DNA of 49,385 bases, taken from the NCBI GenBank assembly GCA_016867315.1, contig VGJV01000002.1, positions 1 to 49,385 on the forward strand, given 5' to 3'. This stretch comes from Candidatus Liptonbacteria bacterium (lineage in GTDB: Bacteria > Patescibacteriota > Minisyncoccia > UBA6257 > 2-01-FULL-56-20). The notes under the pieces were generated by a model. That model did not search any database, was not told the DNA's origin, and saw nothing but the letters and a program-made list of their open reading frames with translations. This document shows, one piece after another, positions 28,283 through 37,667 of this stretch (positions within the stretch are counted from its first letter, which is position 1; every line of letters begins with the position of its first letter). Position numbers and translations under genes: made by a program.

Positions 28283-29752
28283 CTATTTAACCAGTCGATT
28301 CAATATTTCCATCGCTTTTCTCTTATCCACTCCAGGCATCTTGGCAATAACCATCCCCATATATGCTCCTGCCCTCAATCCAGGTTTATCTCGAACAATC
28401 GCGATTATCTTCTCTTCTATAACGTGATCATCTATTTTCTCTATCTTCAAAGCATCTTCAATCTTGGCCCCATTAGTAACTTTCCACAAAACCCCTTTAA
28501 TATCTCCCTCGCCAATCTCTCCCTTAACTAGCGCCTCAAGAACTTGCTCCAACACTCTCTCATTCAAAACACCTTCAATTTCTTCAAAGCTCTTCTTCAA
28601 CTTGCTCGCAAATTCTTGTCTCCATAAAACTACCATCTTGGCAACAAGATCGGCATCTTTGCTATATATCTTGATAAGAGTCTCAAACTCATCAAGATGT
28701 CCATCCAATACAAGCCTTATCATCTCCTCGCTTAGTCCTTTCTTCTTCAACTCATCTCTGATTTCAGTCCTCAATTTTGGAAGTATCTTCTTAAGCATAT
28801 TCAATCTTTCTCTTCCAATTGTTAACAAAGGCAAATCTGTCTCAGGATACATGCGCGCCTTTCCAGGCATGGGGCGCAAAAACTCCGTATCTCCTGAAGG
28901 CAATGCATTTCTCACAGCGCCTTCTTTTTTTCCTTGCTTAAGTTCCGTCTCTTGACGAAGCACTTCTTTGCGAACAGTCTCTATCATCATAGCAGGATCC
29001 TGGAATCCCTTGACTTCCACGCGATCATGCCCTTTTATAGAGATATTCACATCTTGCCTGATAGTGCCAATCCCTCTCTTTACTTTGCAAGCCCTTAATA
29101 TTTCTCCAAGCTTAAGTGCAGTCTCTTTTATCTTGTCAGGAGTATCTAATACAGCAGCAGTGGCAATCTCAACTAAAGGTATTCCTAGTCTATCAAGACG
29201 ATAAACAGCCGCCTTCTCATCTCGACTTACAATGCGCGCCGCATCTTCTTCTAGACACACAGTATCTACCTTTACTTTGCCAAAAGAAGTTTCAATAAAT
29301 CCATCGTGAGCCAATAATACTGTTCTCTGGAATCCAGAAGTGTTACTTCCATCAATCACAGTCTTGCGCATCACCTGAGTCACAGGATATACTTCGCAAT
29401 TGAGCAGAAGTGCTATCTTCAATGCTTCATCAAGTGCCGCTTCATTAACAAAATGCGGGGGCTCCTCATCCAACTCTACCAAACAAGTCGTATCATTATA
29501 GCCTTGATATAAAAATGTCCTTCCTAAAACTGCCTCATGCGCAACAGCAGCATCTACTTCTCCAGTCTCTCCAGCCACCGCATGCAATCTTCTAATCACA
29601 GAGAAATGGGGTTCCTCACTCCTAAGATATCCAGGACATGCACAGAATAGCTTCCCCGTATCCAACTGTTGATGTATTTCCAATCCAGCTTTTAGCCCTA
29701 TTTTAGAATAGGCAGTTGCAGTATGTTGAGAGACTCTCTTTGTATAATCCAT
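28283..29752 (-). CDS. gatE: Glu-tRNA(Gln) amidotransferase subunit E (short form)
   Basis: GLEIHQQL..KLFC, DGSNTSGFQRT, LDRLGIPL.EI, RGIGTIRQD.N.SI, RMYPETD. Confidence 0.95.
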   Translation of the reverse strand: MDYTKRVSQHTATAYSKIGLKAGLEIHQQLDTGKLFCACPGYLRSEEPHFSVIRRLHAVAGETGEVDAAVAHEAVLGRTFLYQGYNDTTCLVELDEEPPHFVNEAALDEALKIALLLNCEVYPVTQVMRKTVIDGSNTSGFQRTVLLAHDGFIETSFGKVKVDTVCLEEDAARIVSRDEKAAVYRLDRLGIPLVEIATAAVLDTPDKIKETALKLGEILRACKVKRGIGTIRQDVNISIKGHDRVEVKGFQDPAMMIETVRKEVLRQETELKQGKKEGAVRNALPSGDTEFLRPMPGKARMYPETDLPLLTIGRERLNMLKKILPKLRTEIRDELKKKGLSEEMIRLVLDGHLDEFETLIKIYSKDADLVAKMVVLWRQEFASKLKKSFEEIEGVLNERVLEQVLEALVKGEIGEGDIKGVLWKVTNGAKIEDALKIEKIDDHVIEEKIIAIVRDKPGLRAGAYMGMVIAKMPGVDKRKAMEILNRLVK

Positions 29753-29789
29753 AACAACACAGAATAAAAGGAGTTATTAAAGATTATCT

Positions 29790-30683
29790 TCACCTAGTTT
29801 TTGTTAAAATCTTTGAATGATTGGAATGTCTAGAACCTTCAAAATTAAGCTTGGAAGCAGAGTTATCCCACAAGCAAACAAATTCTGCTTCTAACTGGGA
29901 TCGGCTATCAGGATGTTCTTTGAAGATAGGGTGGTTACGTGCCGAATAGGAGATTATCCTTTCAAAACCCATTCTCTCAGCAGCTACTTCTGCAATATGG
30001 AGAAGAGCTACTCCTAGCAATACGTTTGGAGGGAAATGAGCATTTCTACAAGGCTGCATCTGAGATACAAGCAATGCATTATCTTGAGCCCAAAAACCTG
30101 CAACTGCCACAAGATTAGACTCTTGATGGTTCTGATGAGTATACATCTCTAAAAGGAAAGGAGAATCAGAACGTATACCTCCTCCTTTTGCCCCGCCTAA
30201 ACTAGTAGTACCCAAACCGCAATTTCCTGAAACAACATATCCTGTTAAATTAATCCCGGAAGGCAGAACAATATTCTTTAGAGTTCTCTTAAGGCATATT
30301 CCAAAAAAGTCAGATGGATTTTTCTGCATGCATTGTAAATAATCTGAGATTTTAATATCATTGCCCATAGATAAAGTATACTCACGATAAAGCCCTTCTT
30401 CAAGGTGGTTTGCTGGAGATTCTATCAAAGGTACAAGAGACAAATAATCTAGAGAAGGAGTCCTGCGCAAGCTATCTGCGGTATTATGATAGTAAGGGTC
30501 TCTTATATCGAACTGATATATGTCTTCTTGGACGAACCCCCATGCATTTTTTAGGTCTGACCGAGTTACAACCTTACGATCTTCTAAAACTAAGGGCAGA
30601 ACCGTCTCATACAAATGTCCTCGTAACTCTGAGAATCTTCCTTCACATTTTACCCTGCGGGGAGGTTTATGTCCGTCTTCCAT
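29790..30683 (-). CDS. Hypothetical protein
   Basis: 297-aa ORF between gatD and gatE; no confident family. Confidence 0.65.
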   Translation of the reverse strand: MEDGHKPPRRVKCEGRFSELRGHLYETVLPLVLEDRKVVTRSDLKNAWGFVQEDIYQFDIRDPYYHNTADSLRRTPSLDYLSLVPLIESPANHLEEGLYREYTLSMGNDIKISDYLQCMQKNPSDFFGICLKRTLKNIVLPSGINLTGYVVSGNCGLGTTSLGGAKGGGIRSDSPFLLEMYTHQNHQESNLVAVAGFWAQDNALLVSQMQPCRNAHFPPNVLLGVALLHIAEVAAERMGFERIISYSARNHPIFKEHPDSRSQLEAEFVCLWDNSASKLNFEGSRHSNHSKILTKTR

Positions 30684-30752
30684 GAAGCAAATAAGAAAAA
30701 TTCTCTATTTAAATCTTTTTAATTGTAATTCCTTTATAGTTATAACATTAAT

Positions 30753-32027
30753 TTATACCGCGATTCGCTCATTCAATTCCCCAGAAACATTCTCCTTCAT
30801 CTTCTCCTTCACCTTTCCTTTCCAACCGAAGTGTCCGAGAACCCAGCCCAACTTAACCATCGCAGTCTCAGGAAGCATATCATCCAGGAAAATCACTCCT
30901 GCATCAACGATTTCTCTCCCATTTGAATAGACAAAGGGATCAAGTCTTCCATAGATAGTTTGTGCTGCAGCACATATCACAAGGCCTTGTCTGATATGTT
31001 TTTTCAGAGCAGGCACCCAATTATGTTTAGCCTCACTAGGAGGCAGGTGCCCCAATCCTCCAACTTCTATAACAACACCTTTAAATTTAAGTGCATATAA
31101 ATCAAGGATAGAAGGGTCCTGCCCAGGATAAAATTTCACTAATGCCACTTTATCAGTAAAAGAAGTATCCAGAACAGTTTTCCCTCCAGGACTTTTCCTA
31201 TACTCAGAGATAAACTCTATCTTATCAGGCCAGACTTTCGCGATGGGCTCGCAATTAATCGGCTGAAAAGCATCTCTTCTTGAGCTATGCATCTTTCTTA
31301 CTTTTGATCCTCTCATGGCATGGCAGTATTCATCATTTAAGTTTGCATGACCGACCAACATCACTTCGGCGACATCTGATAAAGCTGCCCTCGCAGCGCA
31401 CACTAGATTCAGATTGGCATCACTGCTAGCTCTGTCTATACTTCTCTGAGAATATGTCAAAACTACTGGCTTTGTAAGATCTTGAAGGAAAAATGAAAGT
31501 GCTGCTGCAGTATAATGAAGGAAGTCCGTCCCGTGTGTCACAATGACTCCCTTTATCTCAGGGTCATCTACCATCTTCTTCACGCTTTCAGCTATCTTTA
31601 TCCAATGCTCACTAGTCATGGCTTCAGACGATGTCATGAATGGAACATCTATAGTCTTAACATCGACCATCTCAAAAAGTTCAGGGTAGAATCTCATAAG
31701 TTCTCCAGGATCTGTAAGCCAAGATGTCCCGCCTCTCTTTGCATCAAGCTTGGCCGCTATTGTCCCACCAGTCACAACAAGTCCCAGCACAGGCAATCCT
31801 TTTTTTCTTTTTACCTCACTTTTTTTCTCTTCCTTAACGACTCTCTCATATTTCTTCAATACTCTTGAAGCCAATATATTATCCCGAGGAATTCCTACAT
31901 TATAACCAGATTTTAATTTTATTAAGACTACGCTACTGTCAGGGTTTTCAAGTACAATTCCATCGACTTCCTCTTGAGCCAATCTAAATCTAACTTCATC
32001 TCCTGCATTGAAACCAAGTTCAGCCAT
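30753..32027 (-). CDS. gatD: Glu-tRNA(Gln) amidotransferase subunit D
   Basis: KLKSGYNVG N-domain, TGGTI, HGTD, SQRS.DR, KMHSSRRDAF. Confidence 0.95.
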   Translation of the reverse strand: MAELGFNAGDEVRFRLAQEEVDGIVLENPDSSVVLIKLKSGYNVGIPRDNILASRVLKKYERVVKEEKKSEVKRKKGLPVLGLVVTGGTIAAKLDAKRGGTSWLTDPGELMRFYPELFEMVDVKTIDVPFMTSSEAMTSEHWIKIAESVKKMVDDPEIKGVIVTHGTDFLHYTAAALSFFLQDLTKPVVLTYSQRSIDRASSDANLNLVCAARAALSDVAEVMLVGHANLNDEYCHAMRGSKVRKMHSSRRDAFQPINCEPIAKVWPDKIEFISEYRKSPGGKTVLDTSFTDKVALVKFYPGQDPSILDLYALKFKGVVIEVGGLGHLPPSEAKHNWVPALKKHIRQGLVICAAAQTIYGRLDPFVYSNGREIVDAGVIFLDDMLPETAMVKLGWVLGHFGWKGKVKEKMKENVSGELNERIAV

Positions 32028-32169
32028 ACTTCTCAAGAGAAGAAGATGTTTTTAAGTGTTTGTTTCGCAGAGATAATTAATTAGATTAATAAATGAATTC
32101 ACCAGTAGGTATAGTAAAAAACTGGATTTATAGCGGAAATAAGCCTATGAAAAGAATTTATGTGCAGGC

Positions 32170-33678
32170 TTAATACTCTCGTGCAATATATACCGTTTCC
32201 TTTGCGGGTTTTCCACACACAATACAAACTCCGGAAGTCTTTGTTTTTCCAATCTCATCAAACTTTCTTCCCCTAACTTTGGCACCTGTGCTTTCTTCAA
32301 CTTTATCAGAGCATGAAGCACCGTCTTTTTCTATCGAACAGAATCCGCATCGCACAATACCTCCAGATTCAATGACCTGCTTCGCTTTCTTCAGATCAGT
32401 CGCATTAATAATCAGATCATCAAATACCTTGTCTGCTTGCCGCATTAGGATTTTACCAGACTCTTCAGCGAGTTTTTTGATATAGCCCAGAACATTTTCC
32501 TCTCGAATTACTTTCTTTTCACCTGTGTCTCTTCGGAATATAGTGACGCTTTTTTCTTTAATGTCTTTCAAGCCAAGATCAATACGTACCGGAACTCCCT
32601 TCATCTCCCAATGATTGAATTTTTCACCTGCACTTTTATTAGTCATATCAATTTCTACATTAGAAAATGAAGATAACTTATGATATAAGTTGTCAGCTTT
32701 CTCCATAACTTTAGGATCATCAACAATCGGCACTATTACTACTTGAATAGGTGCAAGGTTCCAAGGCAATCTAAGGCCTTTGTCATCGCCATGAACAATA
32801 ACTACACTTGCAAAAATTCGTGAAACTGCAGGACCATAACAAGTAATCCATCCATAATTTTCTTTTCCATCTGCACCAGTATATTTAACTCCAAACCCTT
32901 TTGAGAAAGCCTGGGAAAGTAAATGTGTTGAAGGCTGCTGTACAACTCTCCCATCAGGATTCAAAACATCTGCTGCAAATGTTCGATCTGCCCCAGGAAA
33001 CTTATCCCATGCTGGACGCTCAAAAAAGATAAAAGGCAATCCGAATACATCATGAAGGACTTCTTTTGTAGTCTGCATATCTTCTAGTACCTGTTTTTCA
33101 GCATCTTTCTCTGTTGCATGTACGCAGTGAGTTTCAATCCAATGAAATTCCCTACTTCGTAAGAATGGTCGTGTTGCTTTAGTCTCATACCTAAAAACAT
33201 TTGCCCTCTGGTACGTTTTAAAAGGCAGATCTTTGTAACTTCGAATCCATAAAGAAAACATCTGATAGAAAGCAGTCTCTGAAGTGGGTCTTAAAGCGAG
33301 ACGTTCCTCAAATTTCTTATCTCCTCCTTCAGTAACCCAGAACACTTCAGGTGTAAAACCAATAATGTGAGTACTTTCCCGTTTTAAGTTACTTTCAGGA
33401 ATAAGAGTAGGGAAAAAATAGGGTTTATGCCGCTTTTGTTGCAAGGTTTTCTCAAGATAAGAGTACATTTTCTCCATAACCATGACTGACCAAGGCTGAA
33501 ATACCAGAAAACCCTTTACATTGTATCGTAAATCGGCAAGTTCTGCCTTCTGCACGACCTGAGTATACCATTCAGAAAAGTCTTCATTCTTTTTTACAGT
33601 CAAACCCTTAGTATCTTCAATTTTTCCCTTTATTTCTTTCACAACTTCCTTGGCAGCCTTCTCAGTCTTCATATTCAA
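32170..33678 (-). CDS. proS: Prolyl-tRNA synthetase (archaeal/eukaryotic type)
   Basis: FSEWY..V, LRPTSET, FRYETK.TRPFLR.REF, C-terminal Zn and terminal Y. Confidence 0.95.
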   Translation of the reverse strand: MNMKTEKAAKEVVKEIKGKIEDTKGLTVKKNEDFSEWYTQVVQKAELADLRYNVKGFLVFQPWSVMVMEKMYSYLEKTLQQKRHKPYFFPTLIPESNLKRESTHIIGFTPEVFWVTEGGDKKFEERLALRPTSETAFYQMFSLWIRSYKDLPFKTYQRANVFRYETKATRPFLRSREFHWIETHCVHATEKDAEKQVLEDMQTTKEVLHDVFGLPFIFFERPAWDKFPGADRTFAADVLNPDGRVVQQPSTHLLSQAFSKGFGVKYTGADGKENYGWITCYGPAVSRIFASVVIVHGDDKGLRLPWNLAPIQVVIVPIVDDPKVMEKADNLYHKLSSFSNVEIDMTNKSAGEKFNHWEMKGVPVRIDLGLKDIKEKSVTIFRRDTGEKKVIREENVLGYIKKLAEESGKILMRQADKVFDDLIINATDLKKAKQVIESGGIVRCGFCSIEKDGASCSDKVEESTGAKVRGRKFDEIGKTKTSGVCIVCGKPAKETVYIAREY

Positions 33679-33736
33679 TTAATGATGATAAGCTATTAAA
33701 ATCTACCGTTGAGACTCACTCCAAAGAATATTAGAG

Positions 33737-34096
33737 TTAATGGCCATTCCTTCGACCATACATTTCATCACGCATGGTCTTCAGGACAGCTTGAGGGCGG
33801 GCAACAAGTTCTTGTAACCCTCCAGCAAATCCTCTTGCTATAACCCCTCCAAGAGCAGTACTAGCCATAAGAGTCAAATTAGGATGCTGAAGAACAGTAT
33901 ACGAAAAAGCGTTTTGTGGAAAGTAAGTTACAGCTTTATTTAATTCCATCCCGACATAAGCGCCAACAGCACTTCCTAAAACAAATGCAGCATTGCGAAG
34001 TAGCCTTCCACGAGAAGAATTGATATACGTTGCTCTTTGTTGAGATTCTTTCAGAAACTCTTGAACAATCATTCTCATAGAAATTTGATTGGACAA
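33737..34096 (-). CDS. Hypothetical membrane protein
   Basis: Two hydrophobic segments; start uncertain. Confidence 0.55.
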   Translation of the reverse strand: MSNQISMRMIVQEFLKESQQRATYINSSRGRLLRNAAFVLGSAVGAYVGMELNKAVTYFPQNAFSYTVLQHPNLTLMASTALGGVIARGFAGGLQELVARPQAVLKTMRDEMYGRRNGH

Positions 34097-34150
34097 TCCT
34101 TTAAAAACCCTTCCTAAAAAAAGTACCCATGTTCAGTAGAAAAAGAAATA

Positions 34151-34282
34151 CGGGTCCAGGAGGAATCGAACCCCCGTTACAGCGTTCCTTCGCTCCTTTC
34201 CAAAAGGGAGGTTGAACAAAAAGGAACAGTCGGGTTCCTTATACTCCGAAGCGCTGCGTTCTATCCACTAAACTATGGACCC
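34151..34282 (-). tRNA. tRNA-Arg(UCG) with a 60-nt intron at 37/38 (34186-34245)
   Basis: Acceptor GGGTCCA/TGGACCC; anticodon stem CAGCG/CGCTG; BHB central helix CUUC/GAAG with 3-nt bulges GGA and GAA. Confidence 0.92.
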
Positions 34283-34328
34283 AACAAAAAGAGCCCAAAC
34301 ATCTTTTTTAATGCTTTGTATACAAATT

Positions 34329-34738
34329 CTAAGGCAATAATTTCAGACTTTCATCTTTCTTCAAGGCATAGTTCTTTCTCGAGTAATAAAGAGACACCAA
34401 CTCGTTTACTACCCAAGTCACTGCCAGCAACAGTGCGAAGAATGCTCCTCCGATGGGTGTAGCGTAGGCAGGCTATCACTTTCAAGATAACTCAGTATGC
34501 CTGCGATTACTCCGACAGTAGTTATCAAACGTAAAGAGCCGATAGAATTGCGAGTGCTTTCAGCACCCATCTCACCAAATCTGGCAATAGTCGCACCAAG
34601 ATAATTGTCAGTCATCTTCCAGAGTTCCTTGATATAGGACAAAGTATCTTCAAGAGTCTCATATTTATATGAGAATATTTGGTCAAGAGTTTCATCAATT
34701 TTCTGCGTATTTGCAATCTTTCCTCTTGTCCTCAGATA
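34329..34738 (-). pseudogene. Displaced duplicate of the 3' end of the 35519 gene, frameshifted
   Basis: 410 bp matching 35519-35929, with about 7 substitutions and a 1-bp deletion by manual comparison. Confidence 0.9.
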
Positions 34739-34746
34739 TAACGCTT

Positions 34747-35178
34747 CTAATTCACGTTGGCACAGATAGCATAGGCAGTAACCGAATAATCACTATCAGG
34801 AGTTCCTGGAGGGACATGTAAGGAGCACGTCCATCCGTACTTTGTTTTATCTAAACTTATCCAAGGTTTATTATCTTCCATGAACTTACCATTGGGTCCA
34901 TCACACCCGCCGCCGATAACTTTCCTCCCTACAGGGCATTCGGCAGTTACCCCTGAAACTCTTACTGCTCCTCCCAGACTGACAGCATAAACATCCGCGT
35001 TTTCCTTTGTAACAACTTCATATCCCGAGATACCTGCAAGACCTGTCTCTCCTCGAGGTCCTTGCGGTCCTGTGAGGGGTCCATTAGGAGTAGCTACTAA
35101 ATACAAACTGAAGGCAGCAACAAGCAACGCAAGAAGAGAGAGAATCAAAGAGATATGCCCTGTTTTCATAACTTTCAT
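34747..35178 (-). CDS. Membrane-anchored surface protein with short collagen-like repeat
   Basis: TM helix, GPQGPRGETGLAGISG, CP.G.KVIGGGC...W.C...YAICA. Confidence 0.75.
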   Translation of the reverse strand: MKVMKTGHISLILSLLALLVAAFSLYLVATPNGPLTGPQGPRGETGLAGISGYEVVTKENADVYAVSLGGAVRVSGVTAECPVGRKVIGGGCDGPNGKFMEDNKPWISLDKTKYGWTCSLHVPPGTPDSDYSVTAYAICANVN

Positions 35179-35297
35179 AATATAAGAAGGTTTTTATATT
35201 TTAGCCTAGCCTTAGCTATGGTGAAAATTAGTCCATAAATTTCTCATGGCTGGCCCTTACCCATCATCGCTACCAAAAAAACAAGTATCCTTTAGAG

Positions 35298-35522
35298 TTG
35301 CCAGAAAAGCCCGTACAATTCTCTGAAGGAACAAAACTGCTCCTTGATATATACAGTAGAATTGTAGCAATTGCAGACCAAAATGACGCATTGAAAAGAA
35401 GAAATGATAAATATGGCCCTATTGAGATGAAATTGCCAAGATCTAAGGAAATAATGCTTGCCAACAACAAAGATCAAGAATATCTTATTAAAGAACTATA
35501 CGGAGCAAGAATTTTGACCTAA
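35298..35522 (+). CDS. Possible small protein or gene fragment
   Basis: 74-aa ORF with TTG start, converging on the 35519 gene. Confidence 0.3.
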   Translation: MPEKPVQFSEGTKLLLDIYSRIVAIADQNDALKRRNDKYGPIEMKLPRSKEIMLANNKDQEYLIKELYGARILT

Positions 35523-36427
35523 GGCAATAATTTCAGACTTTCATCTTTCTTCAAGGCATAGTTCTTTCTCGAGTAATAAAGAGATACCAACTCGTTTACT
35601 ACCCAAGTCACTGCCAGCAACAGTGCGAAGAATGCTCCTCCGATGGGTGTAAGCGTAGGCAGGCTATCTCTTCCAAGATAACCCAGTATGCCTGCGATTA
35701 CTCCGACAGTAGTTATCAAACGTAAAGAGCCGATAGAATTACGAGTGCTTTCAGCACCCATCTCACCAAATCTGGCAAGAGTCGCACCAAGATAATTGTC
35801 AGTCATCTTCCAGAGTTCCTTGATATAAGACAAAGTATCTTCAAGAGTCTCATATTTATATGAGAATATTTGGTCAAGAGTTTCATCAATTTTCTGCGTA
35901 TTTGCAATCTTTCCTCTTGTCCTCAGATAGGAAGCCATCTGGTTTATTCTGCTCTCTATCAGCTTTATTGTCTTTTGATAAGAGTCTAATTGCGCCCTGA
36001 ATCTCTTAATATCTCTTCCTCTTATTTTGCTTTTTTCTTTTATGTCAGCTATTTCAGTCCATATCATTCTATGTATTCTAAGATAAGAATGTAATTGTGA
36101 CTTGAATTCTCTAAAAAAAATCTGCGCTTCCACTATCTGTCTTATCTTCTCAAGGGGAGCCTTGCTCACTACCAATATTATCCTTTTAGTCTTGTAGACC
36201 GTGGCTTGGCTAGATTCTAATACTGAATATGAATGTAGGCCTCTTTCACTAAAAAATCGAGATACTTATCCTTGTTAGCATTTTTAGCGATTAATATAAA
36301 TGGAAGCAAGGTATGTATCTTTGCCATTTCCTTGGGAACAGGGGCACCTCTGCTGAAAAGATATTTTAGAGCAGGAGAAAGCCTCCTCTACAAAACTACT
36401 TAATCAAAAAATTCTCTAGTAAGGTTT
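35519..36427 (-). pseudogene. Disrupted membrane-protein gene (intact 3' part 35519-36175)
   Basis: Protein-like reading continues upstream in another frame (LSPALKYLFSRGAPVPKEMAKI), with a frameshift near 36250-36270 and an in-frame TAG near 36389; 5' end lost at the junction. Confidence 0.6.
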
Positions 36428-37549
36428 CTACCCCTCCCCCGGCCCGCCGAGCGTAATATTCTCCGGCTCAAAGAATACTCTCCGATCGCCTTCTTCCACC
36501 ATTCCCACTTCCTTGAGTTCGTATCCTGCCTTTTTTCCAATTGTGAGTACCCGTTGTACCTCCTGCGGAGGTAGAAAGATATAGTACCCCGCTCCCCAAT
36601 TGAACGTCTTCAAACAATCTTTAAGCGCCACTCCTAACTCTCGCATAAACTGCATCAAAGGATGCACCGGCACCCACGAGTGAATCCGATAGTTATACGG
36701 CCGCTTATCAAACGCAATTTTCCCCACGCCATCTCCCGTCCCCGGAAGCAAGGCATGAATATCCACCTTCTCCGCGAGTAAGGCTTCGACGAGCGCCACA
36801 TACGACCGCGTGGGAATAAGAATTTCTTCTCCAAGCGTTTTGCCGTTCGGCAATTTCGTCAAAAACTTTTCCGGCAATTCCATCGCTTTTTTGATCGCGA
36901 GGGAAATCCCGTTCGAATGAATCCCCGAAGAAGTAACCGCAACGATCCGGTCTCCGGGCACAAGTTTCTTCCCGGTAATCAAATTTTCTTTGGGCGCGAT
37001 GATTCCCGTGGTACACCCCGAAAGGGTCGCGACCATCTCGACGGGGGGCTTCGGATTCACAATATAAGTAACCGAGGCGGACTCCCCCGCAGGCATCGCC
37101 ATCCCAACTTCTTCGCAAATTTTGAGAAACCCGGCCGCTAAATCCCTCGCCCGGTTCTCGTCCGAGTACCACGCACTGTTCGAGGCTTCGATCTGATCGG
37201 TAAAAACCACCGGCAACGCTCCCTGCGCCAAACAATCGTTTACCGTCATCATCGCGGTATCGATCGCAATCGCATCGTAGTAAGTTTTATGTTTATCTCC
37301 GGAGAATTGCCGCATCCATTCCGCAATCCAGTTTTTATTTCCTAAATCTTCCTGCGTCTGGCACCAGATGTGCGATTGGTTTCCTCGATATTCAAATACC
37401 GCCCCGTGCGCCCCCGTCGCTTCTTCGGTAATAAACACTCCCCGCTTTTCCGGGAACTTTAAAGTTTTCCGCCCCGCGCGCACCATGTGCTGCTTGAAGG
37501 GCTCCATCTGGACATAGTCCACTCCCGCTTTTGCGTATTCGCTCTGCAT
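36428..37549 (-). CDS. purM: AIR synthetase PurM, divergent
   Basis: YAKAGVD, NDCLAQGA.P, GE.A, SSGIHSNG.SL, TFNWG.G; purine operon context. Confidence 0.85.
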   Translation of the reverse strand: MQSEYAKAGVDYVQMEPFKQHMVRAGRKTLKFPEKRGVFITEEATGAHGAVFEYRGNQSHIWCQTQEDLGNKNWIAEWMRQFSGDKHKTYYDAIAIDTAMMTVNDCLAQGALPVVFTDQIEASNSAWYSDENRARDLAAGFLKICEEVGMAMPAGESASVTYIVNPKPPVEMVATLSGCTTGIIAPKENLITGKKLVPGDRIVAVTSSGIHSNGISLAIKKAMELPEKFLTKLPNGKTLGEEILIPTRSYVALVEALLAEKVDIHALLPGTGDGVGKIAFDKRPYNYRIHSWVPVHPLMQFMRELGVALKDCLKTFNWGAGYYIFLPPQEVQRVLTIGKKAGYELKEVGMVEEGDRRVFFEPENITLGGPGEG

Positions 37550-37583
37550 AGAAAGTAAAAATTAGAAAATAGAAAGTAGAATG
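37550..37583. repeat. Heptamer array (AGAAAGT-like), inverted partner of 38502-38533
   Basis: AGAAAGT AAAAATT AGAAAAT AGAAAGT AGAATG. Confidence 0.6.
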
Positions 37584-37611
37584 ATTAGAACTAGAATAGC
37601 ACTGTCCCAAG

Positions 37612-37648
37612 AAAAACGGAAAGCGGCGCGAGGTTACCCAAGCGCCGC
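37612..37648 (-). terminator. Intrinsic terminator of the protease-like gene
   Basis: GCGGCGC/GCGCCGC stem followed by TTTCCGTTTTT on the minus strand. Confidence 0.6.
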
Positions 37649-37667
37649 CCGTGTTTAACATTGCACT

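Noticed and set aside
34151-34330. tRNA-Arg as an integration (att) site
   Set aside because: No duplicated tRNA 3' fragment was found, and the nearby duplication lies on the tRNA 5' side.
34329-35929. Possible DGR template/variable repeat pair
   Set aside because: Differences are not confined to adenines of one copy and include an indel; no reverse transcriptase is present.
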